From NCBI GenBank assembly GCA_032718475.1, contig JAUCBJ010000924.1:8761-72760 (forward strand): a DNA stretch of 64,000 nt. The letters are read 5' to 3'. The position numbers were made by a program, and so were the translations under genes. Shown here one piece after another: positions 52,141-64,000 of the stretch; the stretch's first letter is position 1; every line of letters starts with the position of its first letter. Below the pieces are notes generated by a model. The model was not told where the DNA came from and did no database searches. It was given only the letters and a program-made list of their open reading frames with translations. The stretch comes from Nemertoderma westbladi. Taxonomy: Eukaryota > Animalia > Xenacoelomorpha.

Positions 52141-54190
52141 CCATGTATACATGAAAAATGTAATTTTTGTCATACCCCCTTGGAAGTGTGGGAAAATACG
52201 GACCTATATGTCAAATGAAATTCAGCCAAATGTGATCGAGATCTGTCAAGGGGATCATCTGTCATACTCGACTTATATTTTTCAACTTTTTGGCACATTT
52301 TGGACTATCTTAGCGCTTTTGCGGTCTTTAGAAAAAGTGATGTTGGAACGCTCGAATGTAAAAGAAATAGTTGTAATTTCTTGCAAGCATGTACAGAACT
52401 ACATATAATTAATTGGCAAAGTATATAGAGTAATGTGGCATATTGAAAATAGATGCCTATGACATACCGGTGTCCGGTATGTTATAGTAAGTTGTTCATT
52501 TAACTTTTGGTCAGCTTCGCTCTATAGTTTGAAGTCTTGTTTGGTATCGAATATGGGGCGCTGTGCCATTGCCATGATTTTGTTATGAATGACACCAATT
52601 CTTGCCTCTGATCCAACCACATTTATAGAAGCCTCAGTGAGCAGTTTGATCATTCTCTCAACTCCCTGGGTGTGGCAATGATATGGTGCAAAAGTATCTG
52701 GAGGCTTTGAATCGGCAAACTGCTGCAGCTCAACATTTGAAAGAGAAATCGTAAGAGGGGGTTCAGTGACAACGTTTGATGATGGAGACCACCAATCAAC
52801 CATTTCATTGTAATCGCCAGCATCAAAATTAAGACATGGCACAACAAACTGCCGCACAATGCCTGAATGCTTTGTGGCTGATTCTCGACACTTTATTATT
52901 CGACGAACAGCCAACTGGCGAATAGATGGTCGATCATCATGCAGCATCGCTATCAGAATACTCTCGGGATGTGCATGATAGGCATTCCGCTGAAGCACAG
53001 GGTCGACTATCTGTCTGATCTCAACAGAAAACGACCGGCTCCAGTTCAAGAGAAAGAAAAAATTTATAGCTCCATCCTTCAGCATTTGGTTCTTCTTGAT
53101 AAGGAACCACACAGGAGCATATAACTTGATGATATAGCAAACAAGTTCATTGAGGGTGGCTGATGGGTCAGGAGTACCGATATACAATCGACAGATTCTA
53201 TTGGCCATTGTCACCCACCATGAGTGTGAGAGTCTCCCAGGTTTTAGAGCTATCAATCTACCACTACACACACCTGAGATGATTGCTTGGCAGATCTGAT
53301 AGAGATATTTCTGATCTGTGCTTAGATCTGATGATATGCTCTCAGGCATTTCGGGAAAGTTGTCAGAATCTAGCTTTGTATAATTTGCCTTTGGTAAATT
53401 AAGAAGAGCTGTGGATGACTTGATCTGTTTCCCAATAGGCCCCTTGAAGGAGTTTGGGCCTTCAGTTGGACCATCTAACTGATGTACTAAATGCCGTAGT
53501 GGCAGCTCATTAATGTGCAGTAAGCAGATGATCCATTGCACTGGAGATTGTATGTGTTCCTCTAGCAGCCTTATAACACCTCCAATCCTTCCCGTATTAA
53601 CGTTGGTTCCATCACAACCTAAAGCTTCCACCCTTGATAAATTCAACTCAGAATCCAACAATCTCACGGCATATGGAAGATGAAGATCCAGTTGGAGGTG
53701 ATACATGACCAAGAAACACATTATTTGGCTCACCTACAAGCACATAGTGCTCTTCTCTAGCCATTTTAACGTTCCCAGTGGCTGGGTCCCTCACTAAGGT
53801 ACTGTCTCTGCGCCCATCAAAGAACAGTGCTTTAGGAGGTATTGATTGACATTCCATATGGCATGCTTCATTTGTTTCATCTCGTAGTCTCTTCCTTCAC
53901 CTACGAATCTTGCTACGATCAATCACATTACTCAAATGAAATTCTCCTGTGACATCAATTACTGCTGCTGTTGCTATAGCTGCGGCAGCATGGTCCGAGA
54001 TTCCATATCTCTCAGTTTCACGGGACACAGATTGAAGCCCAATGCGAGTTTGTGTATTTGTAGATGTAGATGCAGTATGATAGCAAACATAATTAGCATC
54101 AGATGTAGTATCTGAGTCGCTACCATCTCCAATGCTAACATCATGGGAACTAGCATGACTGCTGTCCACTGGGTTTTCTTGAGTTATGTC
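52140..54190 (-). mobile_element. hAT-superfamily (hATm-type) transposon with frameshifted transposase
   Basis: ALFFDGRRD, REEHYVLVGEP, LGCDGTNVNTG, WIICLLHINELPLRHL, CHTQGVER in ORFs 52522-54208; it interrupts Helitron copy C. Confidence 0.82.
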
Positions 54191-55055
54191 CCCTATAAGC
54201 ATGAACACGTCTAAAACACGTGGCTACGACGTAATTATTTGACATCAACGTGTTGAAAATGACGTCCTGGCTACGTGTATTTTGGAAGTGTCAAACACGT
54301 GTTTTAGCACGACAAACCATGACGTGCTACAGTTTACGTCAAATGACTTGCTAGACACGTGTCAATTACGTCATCAGACGTCAAATACTACACTGGAACA
54401 CCACACAAGCACGTCAAATGACGTGCTAGGCACGTACCAATAACAGACGCCAAATAACTACACCACACAAGCACGTCAAATGACGTACTAGACACGTACC
54501 AATAACAGACGCCAAATAACTACACCACACAAGCACGTACGCGTCGCTTTTTACATCGCTTAGATCCGTGACAGTTATGATTGAAATTGATTTTACTTTC
54601 TTGACGGTGTTTGTTGATACTATAATAAAGAAAAAACATTATTATATAATGTAACCAATGTACGATAAATTTAATATCCGAATAAATTGTTAATTATCAA
54701 CTAATAAACACAAATTAAAATAGCACTGATATATTTAGCACAAGTTTGATTTGGAAATGAATATAAAATTACAAGATGGAGAGGAAATGTAAAATCAAGA
54801 GAATCAAGTAAAAATACAGTAAAAAATTCAGTAAAAATATAAAACTGTATTTATCTTATCCCTTTCCTGCTCGGATTATTTTTACTTATATAAAATTTTT
54901 TTTTGGGTAGATAAACTGAAAACAGTTTAATGACCACATAAATGTCAAAAAATGTTATTTTTAAATATTTGAATATTTATAATGAATGAGCATTAATGGG
55001 AGCAATAGTTGTGTAAAATAGTATATGACATTACAATATGACATATGACATGAGT

Positions 55056-55885
55056 TACTTCCTACCCACTCACACCCACCATATTACCTTCCTACCCACT
55101 CACACCCACCATATTACCTTCCTACCCACTCACACCCACCATATTACCTTCCTACCCACTCACACCCACCATATTACCTTCCTACCCACTCACACCCACC
55201 ATATTACCTTCCTACCCACTCACACCCACCATATTACCTTCCTACCCACTCACACCCACCATATTACCTTCCTACCCACTCACACCCACCATATTACCTT
55301 CCTACCCACTCACACCCACCATATTACCTTCCTACCCACTCACACCCACCATATTACCTTCCTACCCACTCACACCCACCATATTACCTTCCTACCCACT
55401 CACACCCACCATATTACCTTCCTACCCACTCACACCCACCATATTACCTTCCTACCCACTCACACCCACCATATTACCTTCCTACCCACTCACACCCACC
55501 ATATTACCTTCCTACCCACTCACACCCACCATATTACCTTCCTACCCACTCACACCCACCATATTACCTTCCTACCCACTCACACCCACCATATTACCTT
55601 CCTACCCACTCACACCCACCATATTACCTTCCTACCCACTCACACCCACCATATTACCTTCCTACCCACTCACACCCACCATATTACCTTCCTACCCACT
55701 CACACCCACCATATTACCTTCCTACCCACTCACACCCACCATATTACCTTCCTACCCACTCACACCCACCATATTACCTTCCTACCCACTCACACCCACC
55801 ATATTACCTTCCTACCCACTCACACCCACCATATTACCTTCCTACCCACTCACACCCACCATATTACCTTCCTACCCACTCACAC
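55056..55885. repeat. Perfect 30-bp minisatellite, about 27-28 copies
   Basis: ATATTACCTTCCTACCCACTCACACCCACC with no internal variation seen. Confidence 0.97.
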
Positions 55886-58820
55886 ACACTTTACAAGAAG
55901 AATCATTGATTAGTTCCTTGTTCAATTCCTCGAGTTCAGCAACAGTGGCAACTGGTAGATGTATATATTCATTAATATTATTATCAGGGAGCATGACTGC
56001 TGCCGGATTTATGATGTTACTAAGCAGTTTACTGTGAAACTTCTGTGTCTCAATTATGGTATTTAGTTTATCCATTAATATTTCATACGGCTTTCGACGG
56101 GCCTCCGTACGTGCGCCCTCATTCACATCTCCAGTTCCTGGAGGAGTAAGAGACCCCGAGTTACAACCGGGATTAAGCGGACCGATAGTTCGTGGTGTAA
56201 GCGACCCCGAGTTACAACCAGGATTAAGCGCCCCGACAGTTCCTGGAGTAAGCGACCCCGAGTTACAACCAGGATTAAGCGCCCCGACAGTTCCTGGAGT
56301 AAGCGACCCCGAGTTACAACCAGGATTAAGCGCCCCGACAGTTCCTGGAGTAAGCGACCCCGAGTTACAACCAGGATTAAGCGCCCCGACAGTTCCTGGA
56401 GTAAGCGACCCCGAGTTACAACCAGGATTAAGCGCCCCGACAGTTCCTGGAGTAAGCGACCCCGAGTTACAATCAGGATTAAGCGCCCCAACAGTTCCTG
56501 GAGTAAGCGACCCCGAGTTACAACCAGGATTAAGCGCCCCGACAGTTCCTGGATTAACCGATAACTGGAATCCGGGATCAGTAGTTAATGTCCTCAACTG
56601 TTCCTGGTTAATTGTCTGCATCTGCATATTATCCCTATCCCAAGCATCTAGAACCTGTACTGCCTCTAGTATACGATCTTCCTAAAACAAAAATAAACAA
56701 AAAGGTGATTTTTATACAAACTAATAACTGATGAGAGGTACGGAATCGAGGAATCGAACCAGATCCATTTGATTCCAATTGAAAAAATAAGTATAGGTTC
56801 GGTACTGAACCGAAACTGAATCTATTTTTATACTGTCTAAATTTTCCCACGGGCAATTCAATATATATATAAAAGTATTATTATTATTATTATTCTATCT
56901 TTTAATCTCAAAACTCAACAATTGAGAAAACAATTGTGGAAGCCTGGAGGGAATGGCCCACCGTAGCTTATGATTGGCTGAGATTAAGCGTCGGCAACCA
57001 CAGTACTTTTGAAGCACCAGACCCTACATTACCCAGTTACTACGCCCCTAAAGATAATTTAATAAATAAATAAATTTTATAATTGTATAACTGACTTTTA
57101 ACTGATGTATTTTACATTAATCTATTTTTATCTAAATAATTGCTTCTCGTTCATATAGGGAGTAATAGTGTTTTTTGATTGTATTTTCAAATGTGCTATA
57201 TTTTGTGATACTACGAAAATTATCATCTAGGGAGTTCCATAGTCTTATCATGCTTAAAATTATGCTATTATATCCTTTGTTATTTTTCGATAGCGGTGTT
57301 TTAATTTTGTGCGTTCTTGAATTTATGACTGGTGAGTTCTGTCTATTTAAAAATACTACCCGCAGACCATAATTTTGTATTTTTTCTAGAGAATATAGTT
57401 GTTCTTTGAAACCATGAATATTATGGAGTGATATTAAAATTTCGCAGCAATAGTTATGGTGTGGTAATACTAGTGTTTTGTATAAATATAATTTGCACTG
57501 CTTTGTCAGTTGTCCCCTTATTTGACGGAGACCTGATATTGCATGAGTCATTTTAAGAAAAGTCATTTTATTAAGTAAATATTATTGTATATACAGACAC
57601 ACACATCAGACAGTCTCGGTGACATTTTGAAAATAATGACTTACAGAAATATTGTCGCAATCTCTAAAATAACCAACGTCGAGCGGTGATGGGGTAGGAT
57701 GTGGCCGCTGTATCGAATGGAATTTTGAAGAAGGCTTGATGCCCGACACTAAGATGTCCTAAATAGCAAATATACGAACGAAAAATGTGTGAATACTACA
57801 GTATAGTGTGGGAAGTGGGAACATTATGATGACGGTACATTATTAGATGAACGTAAAGAACAATTGTGTTAGACATATGGACTGTATTCTACCTATAAAC
57901 TCAAAATATTTAAAAATAATGAAGAAGGTCTGCCCTCAACCAATTAGGTAACCCGTTTATTACAGTAGTGATAAATTTATATTAATCTAAATAAAGAAAA
58001 GTGAAAATCGGACATCCTAATTTAGCCAACCCCATCCAACTCCTGTCCGAAGATGTCCGGATTTCGAAGACCCCCTCGCCCCCCTCTGACCTCGGACGTC
58101 ATTTATGGCTGACCCCTAAAATATAAACATGTATTAATTAGCATCAACGTTACTCACTCATTTTACTTACATTATCACTTTCCAAATCGTCTCCATCACT
58201 AGCATTACCAGTATCGAGTTGCCTGTAATCAATAACCTTTTTTCTTCTCAACCCCCTGTGTCTATCGCCCAGCTCATCGTCTGTTGGTGGTGCTCTACCA
58301 CTACCACTTTCGGAGCAGTATATTTCGTTTCTCATTACTGCTTCACCAGCAAGTCTTTCAGCCTTCTCAACATTCTCTGTCAGGGAAAACAATATAATAA
58401 ATATATAATAACTAGATAAATCTATCAAGATGCCTTTAAATGAAACCACAAATTAATAAATTAAATAATACCCTTTTTTTGTGATCAATTCTCTGAAAAA
58501 TCAACGAAGCTGAGAGAACAAAGAAAAAGACCTACATAAGGAGATATATGATATACTGGATCAGATAACAATAAAGGAAATATTTCAAAATTGAACTAAC
58601 TTGTAAAAGCCAAAACAGTTCCTCGGTGTTTCGCCCAACTTGACATCTCTACATTACCAAATTCTTTTCGCATTGATTCAACATTCCGGGGCCAATATGT
58701 TAAGACTGATTGACTTCTTTTATCGTACGAAATGATCCATGAACTTAAAGCCCATTCAACTTCAACACGCTTTCCCAAATTAAATTCAATAACAACATAA
58801 CGTTTAAGGTTATTGTCCAT
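55884..58820 (-). CDS. Four-exon accessory gene of the EnSpm-type element (DUF4806-associated type), 3' end not found
   Basis: Exons 58820-58601, 58376-58171, 57758-57645, 56681-55884 have GT-AG borders and join in frame (phases 1,0,0). N-terminus YVVIEF..VEVEW..W; late motif LPVATVAELEELNKEL. Confidence 0.65.
56150..56556. repeat. 51-bp coding minisatellite (17-aa PGTVGALNPGCNSGSLT), about 8 copies
   Basis: CCCCGAGTTACAACCAGGATTAAGCGCCCCGACAGTTCCTGGAGTAAGCGA units inside exon 4. Confidence 0.92.
56878..57570 (-). mobile_element. 3' fragment of a CR1/L2-group LINE in intron 3
   Basis: LYKTLVLPHHNYC..LEKIQNYGLR..RLWNSL (typical ORF2 C-terminus), 3' UTR and (TAA)n tail. Confidence 0.75.
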
Positions 58821-60394
58821 TTTATATAATAATTGACCACACAATAAATCATGTGCCTAGATAGATAGGCCTAGATTGTTTGCATATTATTTATGGTAGG
58901 CCAATTTATGATATCCTCGCCTGTACTGTACACAACTGTACTACATAAGGTTACTGGTAAGAAGAAATTTAAGAGTCCAGAGGTTGCGGGTTGGAGGCCA
59001 GGCAGCCAGGAGGCCACCAAACAGGACTGCAGGATATGTTAGGCCAGGCAGGTCAGCAGCCAGGTGGTTCAAACGTGAAATGACAATCCTGTCACCTGTC
59101 AGCCTGTACAGCTGTACTCCAGCTCCAGCAGTAGCCTGAGTCTAGTATGTAGTACTGTAGTACCGCACCGGTCTGCCGGTACTACTAATATAAATATACT
59201 GTACTCGTACTGTAGTCAGTCAGTAGGTAAGTCTGTAAGTGGTAAGTAGATGTGTCATTAAGACACGTGTTCAAGACGTAATTTTAGGTAATTATTTCCA
59301 CCATGAAAAGTATCACACAGATACGTGCCATCAAGACGTGTTCAACACGTCATTTTAGGTAATTATATCCACCATGTATAAGTCTCATACAGGAACGTGT
59401 CAACAAGACGTGGTCAAGACGTAATTTTACGTAATTACGTCAACCATCAAAACGATGAGTTCTTGCAACAAACATAATTGACGTAAAATGACGTCCACAT
59501 ACCTGTTAAGGTGTAAAATTAGACGTCAAATGCTTATAGGGTATGTTAAAGTGGTTTGAAGTGAATCTAATGTTATTTGATAGACCCTACATGAGTCAGT
59601 CTGTGTTCCTTTTATATGTGACTAAAATCAGTGAAGATTGGCAGATTAGTGTGCAGTATTGTGCAGCATTGTGTATGAGTGAGTCTGTTAAAGAAGCAAT
59701 TCCTAAAGAATGCGCCATATATGTGAATTATAATTAAGCCATATCGTTGTGAGTAGTTTAAGTCATAACTCTGTTTATATAGATAAAGCGCCACGTCCTA
59801 AAGGAACTGTTAATATTCCCGAAGGTGAATAATATTGTCAGAGATTATATAATACTGTCAGTCGAATAATACATTAGGCTTACATAGCAATAAAATTAAA
59901 CCGTCGAACCCAATCTCCCGGGAATCTCCAGCGGGTGAATGGTCGCGCACGGATTGGTTTCGACTAGTGTAGTGAATCAAATACTTGTCATAGACTAAAA
60001 ACTGATTTAATATCTAGAAGACATCTTAATTTGGTGGGTTAAACTGCCAAAGGTCTGAAAGCGCGAACATTAAAGGATATAGCTTCTTTATTGCAGTAAG
60101 CAATAAAGTTGAAAGTACCGGTCAACCGGTACATCTGTAGGTCAGTAGGCCCAACTGCCAGAACCGGTACCAGTAGGCCTGACTACCTAACCACCCGGAC
60201 CGGTACCTACAGCAGTACTACAGCAGTATTATTCGATTTTGATTGTTATATACCAGTAGGTCTTAATAATTAATCGGGGACGCCTGGTTTTTATTGAGAT
60301 TTTACTTATTTCTGTCAAGTTTTATTTGTTTGTAGGCCAGTATTGAACAGAAGGCGTGTAAACCTGATCAGATTGTACAGACGATTTGTAGGCT

Positions 60395-60950
60395 GAGCTG
60401 TTGTCTGATTGCTGTTAAGTCCGAACGAATTGCAGTGTGTGTAGATCACCTGTCCGATTAAGTACGATTAGGCAGTAGGGGCAGCGAACGCTGTAAGGTA
60501 AACCCCCAACTAAAGAATAAGTCGCACTACTGGGTTAGAGCGCATACTCCCTAATCATTTCGGAGTCTGCATGTCCTGTAGTTTATTTAGGCTTGAGAGT
60601 AGTCTGCCATCGTTTAGTCTGTACTTTGTTTGTGTAAGTCTGTACGGGTAGCGTATAATTTTATTTAGATAATTTGTAGGCTGGATAGTTGTCTGGCTGT
60701 TATTAGGTCTGAACGGATTGCCGCGTGTGTAGATCATCTGTCCGATTAAGTACGGTTAGGCAGTAGGGGCAGCGAACGCTGTAAGGTAAACCCCCAACTA
60801 AAGAATAAGTCGCACTACTGGGTTAGAGCGCATACTCCCTAATCATTTCGGAGTCTGCATATACCGTAGTTTGTTTAGGCTTGATAGTAGTCTGTCAGTG
60901 TTCGGTCTGTATTTTGTTTGAGTAGTTTGTACGCGTAGCGTAATATTTAT
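60395..60950. repeat. Approximately 288-bp tandem duplication in the leader
   Basis: GTGTGTAGATCA.CTGTCCGATTAAGTACG...CATTTCGGAGTCTGCAT at about 60437 and 60725. Confidence 0.88.
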
Positions 60951-62269
60951 TATTCAGAGTTTATGCGATTATCCGCAACATTCATTCCCCAAGTTTGTTC
61001 CTACAGTAATTGTGTTTGTTATACATACCGCTATAGTTAAATTAACCCCGGTACTACACGGGCTGCTCGGCGTAGGTCAAGACTGGTGATTTTGTGCATC
61101 GGTCACTCCAGCAGATGCCGTGGTTCTTTTAGCTGTTCAAGTATATTTAACTACTGATTATCTGTTGTACAAGTACTCGTACCTAATTTAGGGTTTAGTG
61201 TACAGTACTTTCCGAAGTAATTAGTGTAGGCATTATATTTGTGTTGTAAAGTGGTTGATAGGCACATTCGATTAGCTCTATTAACTTCTAGGTAGGAACA
61301 CTCCGTGATACATAACGTAGAACCTATAGCGATACGGCTATAGGTCGTCAGGCGGTGGTATTTTTCTATCTAGACAACGCAGTGTATTTACTACTACTTA
61401 TTATTTCAAATACCGTAGTACCCTGTCCGTTGTAATAACCAGTTTTCTAACCCTTTGTTAGGCTGGTTTGTAGACTTCTTGTAAAATTACCCTAAAAATT
61501 CGTATTTTGTGTTTTTGTAAATTTTTGTGTTTATTTAGAGATTGTAATCTCAACCCGAATTGTACGTAATTTGTAGTATTAAGTAACTTAGGTAAATTAG
61601 TATTATTTGTTTTAGTGTCCTATACGTAACACTTCACTGAAAGCGCACCGCTTTGTGTAGTGATTACCCCAGAAATAATAACATTTATTTCAAACATTGA
61701 CAAAACCCATTAAAACGGGTATATATATATTATAAATCAAATCTAACGATTTATAAATAGTAGGCCTACCATATAACCATTAGGTCTCAATATCAGTTGG
61801 ACTACTGCTTCAAATAACGGTAATAAAGTAAGTAAAGTAACAAAGTAACCCTAAAGTTCAGAAATTCAATTATTTAAAATAATTGATATACCGGTATTTA
61901 CGATAGGCCTATTATCTTTATTTCTATAAATCTAGGCTGAAATTATACCGGTACTTGTAATTAATTCTATTCCAGAATTATATATACTACAAACTGTAAG
62001 CTGTATACCGGTATTCCGATAGGCCTATTATATATTTATATATATTTGTGCTAAAATTATACCGGTATTCTGTGATAAACCTAGTCTGTAATAATACTTA
62101 TATAGTTATATATACTATAAGCATACCGGTATTCTAATATATTATATATATATCACGCTACACTGAGTAGCAGTACCGGTAATTAATTACTAGGCTAGCA
62201 GTTAATACTGAGTTACTAGACTTACTCAGACTGTAATACAGCAGTAGACATTCAACGGTATACATAGTC

Positions 62270-64000
62270 ATGTCTGATACTAAGCAGAACCTGTCAGACA
62301 GTTTATTAGATGTAACTATCTGCGACTCAGATAGAGACGTACAACCGTCTGGTCGTAAATCCAGTTCACCTCCCACTGTGAGGAAGGTCATCCCTCCAGT
62401 AGTAATAACAGAACCTAGGCTGGTCCAACATCGTAGGTCTATCATAGGCACTCGAGCTCAGGTCAAGCGGGACCAAAAGGCAGCGGAACAGCAACAACCC
62501 GCTAGTCAAGAACTTATTCCTCAGCGGCCCAGCAGCTCCAGTAGTGAGGATACTGTAGAGCTGACACCCGAGCGCGGAGCAGAGATGACGGATGCGGTTT
62601 ATACGGATCCCCTTCTCATCCTTCCTGCAGCCGTGCTCGCTGGGTTATTGATCGCGGTGGAAGAACACCAGATCGATTGGGCGAGAAGTCAACGGTCAAC
62701 TAGAGATAGCTACGCGGGATACACGAGTGAAGAACTGAAGTCTATTGTCGAGTCGCAATGGAACTTCCCCGGACCCGGACTCCCGTTTGATTTATCAGAA
62801 GCTGCCTGGGAAGACATACACCGGATGGGAGTAGCCAAGGAAACCATCGATCCAGCTGTATGGAAGAGGTCCGCAGCCGGATACGCACAGGGATTCTTCA
62901 GCTCTATGGAGCGAGTAGAGAGACAACTGTTTCAACAACCTCAAGGACCTCAAGAGCAGGGATCGCTGCTTTATCAAGTTAGAGAAAGAGTTTTGCGGAT
63001 TAGGCTAATCTTATCCGCCTTTGAGGAGGCTTCTAAAAGAAAACAAGACACGTCGTTGCAAGTTGCCGTAAAAACTTGGTTTCAACGGGTGAGTCGCCAG
63101 GTTCAAGGAGCAGCTCAGTGGAAAGCTCAGTTGGAGGAGCGCTCAACCCATGGAGAATCGACGGACGCTATTTTTTCCCAAGTGGAAAGTGAAGCGACGG
63201 CAGAGAAACCGCATAAGAAGGATGCCATTGATATCTATCTGTCAGACTATCAGCGTTTTTTGGGAGATGATGAGTTGAGGAGAAGGTTAGAGGGACTTAG
63301 CCCTAATAGCGAAGGAGCCAAACTCGTGTTAGATGCGATTGATGTGGATAGGTTAGCGGCGAACCAAGCTAAATTCGATGAACAACTCCGCATCGCTAGA
63401 GAACAAGAAGAACAAGTAAAGAAAAAACGTATAGAAGACAGAAAAGCAGCGGCAGTAGCAGCAGCAGTGGCAGCTGCAGAAGCAGAAACAAAAGCGGCAG
63501 CGGCAGTGGCAGAAGCAGAAACAAAAGCGGCAGCGGCAGTGGCAGCAGCAGAGGCAAAAGCGGCAGTAGCAGCAGCAAAGGCAGCGGCCGAAGCGGAAGG
63601 ACGCAAGCGGGAGGCAGTGGCAGAAGCCGAACGGAGAGCGACTGAAGAAACCACCCAATTAGAATTGGAAAACATTCAGGAGAATCAAGACTGCATAAAT
63701 AAACAGTTAACAGCTAGTAATATGCAGATGATGAATCGATCTACTCCCAAACGACAGGGATATACATCATCTGAGGAAGGCGATACCACCGACACTGAAG
63801 GCGGAAGAAATCGATCTCGCCTAAGCAGACGTAAAAGAACATTCCACCGGCAGAAATTGCCTGATTTGCCTCCAGCTGTTAGAAGGCAACTAAATAACAC
63901 CAAAGTAGGTAGTACAGAACCCACAGACCAAATAATTACAATAGAGAGACTCCCTACTATAGTAGATGAGCCTGAAATAATTAGGCCTGTTCCCGAAGCT
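62270..64000 (+). CDS. 577+ aa gag-like ORF with coiled-coil and Ala-rich repeats, open past the window end
   Basis: ATG at 62270 (MSDTKQNL...). Manual translation finds no stop to ...RPVPEA at 64000; it is absent from the ORF track because it has no stop codon. Confidence 0.8.
   Translation, partial: MSDTKQNLSDSLLDVTICDSDRDVQPSGRKSSSPPTVRKVIPPVVITEPRLVQHRRSIIGTRAQVKRDQKAAEQQQPASQELIPQRPSSSSSEDTVELTPERGAEMTDAVYTDPLLILPAAVLAGLLIAVEEHQIDWARSQRSTRDSYAGYTSEELKSIVESQWNFPGPGLPFDLSEAAWEDIHRMGVAKETIDPAVWKRSAAGYAQGFFSSMERVERQLFQQPQGPQEQGSLLYQVRERVLRIRLILSAFEEASKRKQDTSLQVAVKTWFQRVSRQVQGAAQWKAQLEERSTHGESTDAIFSQVESEATAEKPHKKDAIDIYLSDYQRFLGDDELRRRLEGLSPNSEGAKLVLDAIDVDRLAANQAKFDEQLRIAREQEEQVKKKRIEDRKAAAVAAAVAAAEAETKAAAAVAEAETKAAAAVAAAEAKAAVAAAKAAAEAEGRKREAVAEAERRATEETTQLELENIQENQDCINKQLTASNMQMMNRSTPKRQGYTSSEEGDTTDTEGGRNRSRLSRRKRTFHRQKLPDLPPAVRRQLNNTKVGSTEPTDQIITIERLPTIVDEPEIIRPVPEA

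Larger units (their letters stand above)
54191..59541 (-). mobile_element. CMC/EnSpm-type element carrying a spliced accessory gene, no transposase
   Basis: TIRs CCCTATAAGCAT (54191-54202) / ATGCTTATAGGG (59530-59541); ACGT-rich subterminal repeats at both ends; flanks TC/TA do not form a perfect TSD. Confidence 0.8.
59542..64000 (+). mobile_element. Probable 5' end of a large LTR retrotransposon (LTR remnant, long 5' UTR, gag-like ORF)
   Basis: TATATAA + TCAGT (about 59845-59861), AATAAA (about 59889), possible PBS TGGTGGG near 60032, about 2.2-kb leader, then a long ORF. No catalytic domain falls inside the window. Confidence 0.5.

Noticed and set aside
55038-55913. 291-aa THTHHITFLP protein
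   Set aside because: Translation of a perfect 30-bp minisatellite, antisense to the spliced gene.
63250-63924. Minus-strand Ala-, Cys- or Leu-rich ORFs
   Set aside because: Antisense shadows of the plus-strand ORF starting at 62270.

Overview
AT-rich, repeat-saturated eukaryotic region, most likely from an invertebrate animal, made almost entirely of nested transposon debris. The only plausible host gene is an intronless rhodopsin-class GPCR (18062-19573). Recognisable mobile DNA includes piggyBac, pogo, Penelope, Gypsy, hATm-type, CMC/EnSpm-type, LINE, solo-LTR and MITE remnants, plus a 577-codon gag-like ORF that runs off the window end and is missing from the ORF track. The most unusual content is three diverged, decayed copies of a Helitron-like element. 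Pieced together, its protein is OTU protease - Cys-rich region - HUH Rep - PIF1 helicase - C-terminal GIY-YIG nuclease. The two copies that span the helicase/GIY-YIG junction share an in-frame TGA there. Each copy lies next to a tandem array (periods 112, 136 and about 176 bp), and the arrays share a roughly 40-bp hairpin core with a compensatory base-pair change. All calls come from reading motifs by eye; no searches were run.
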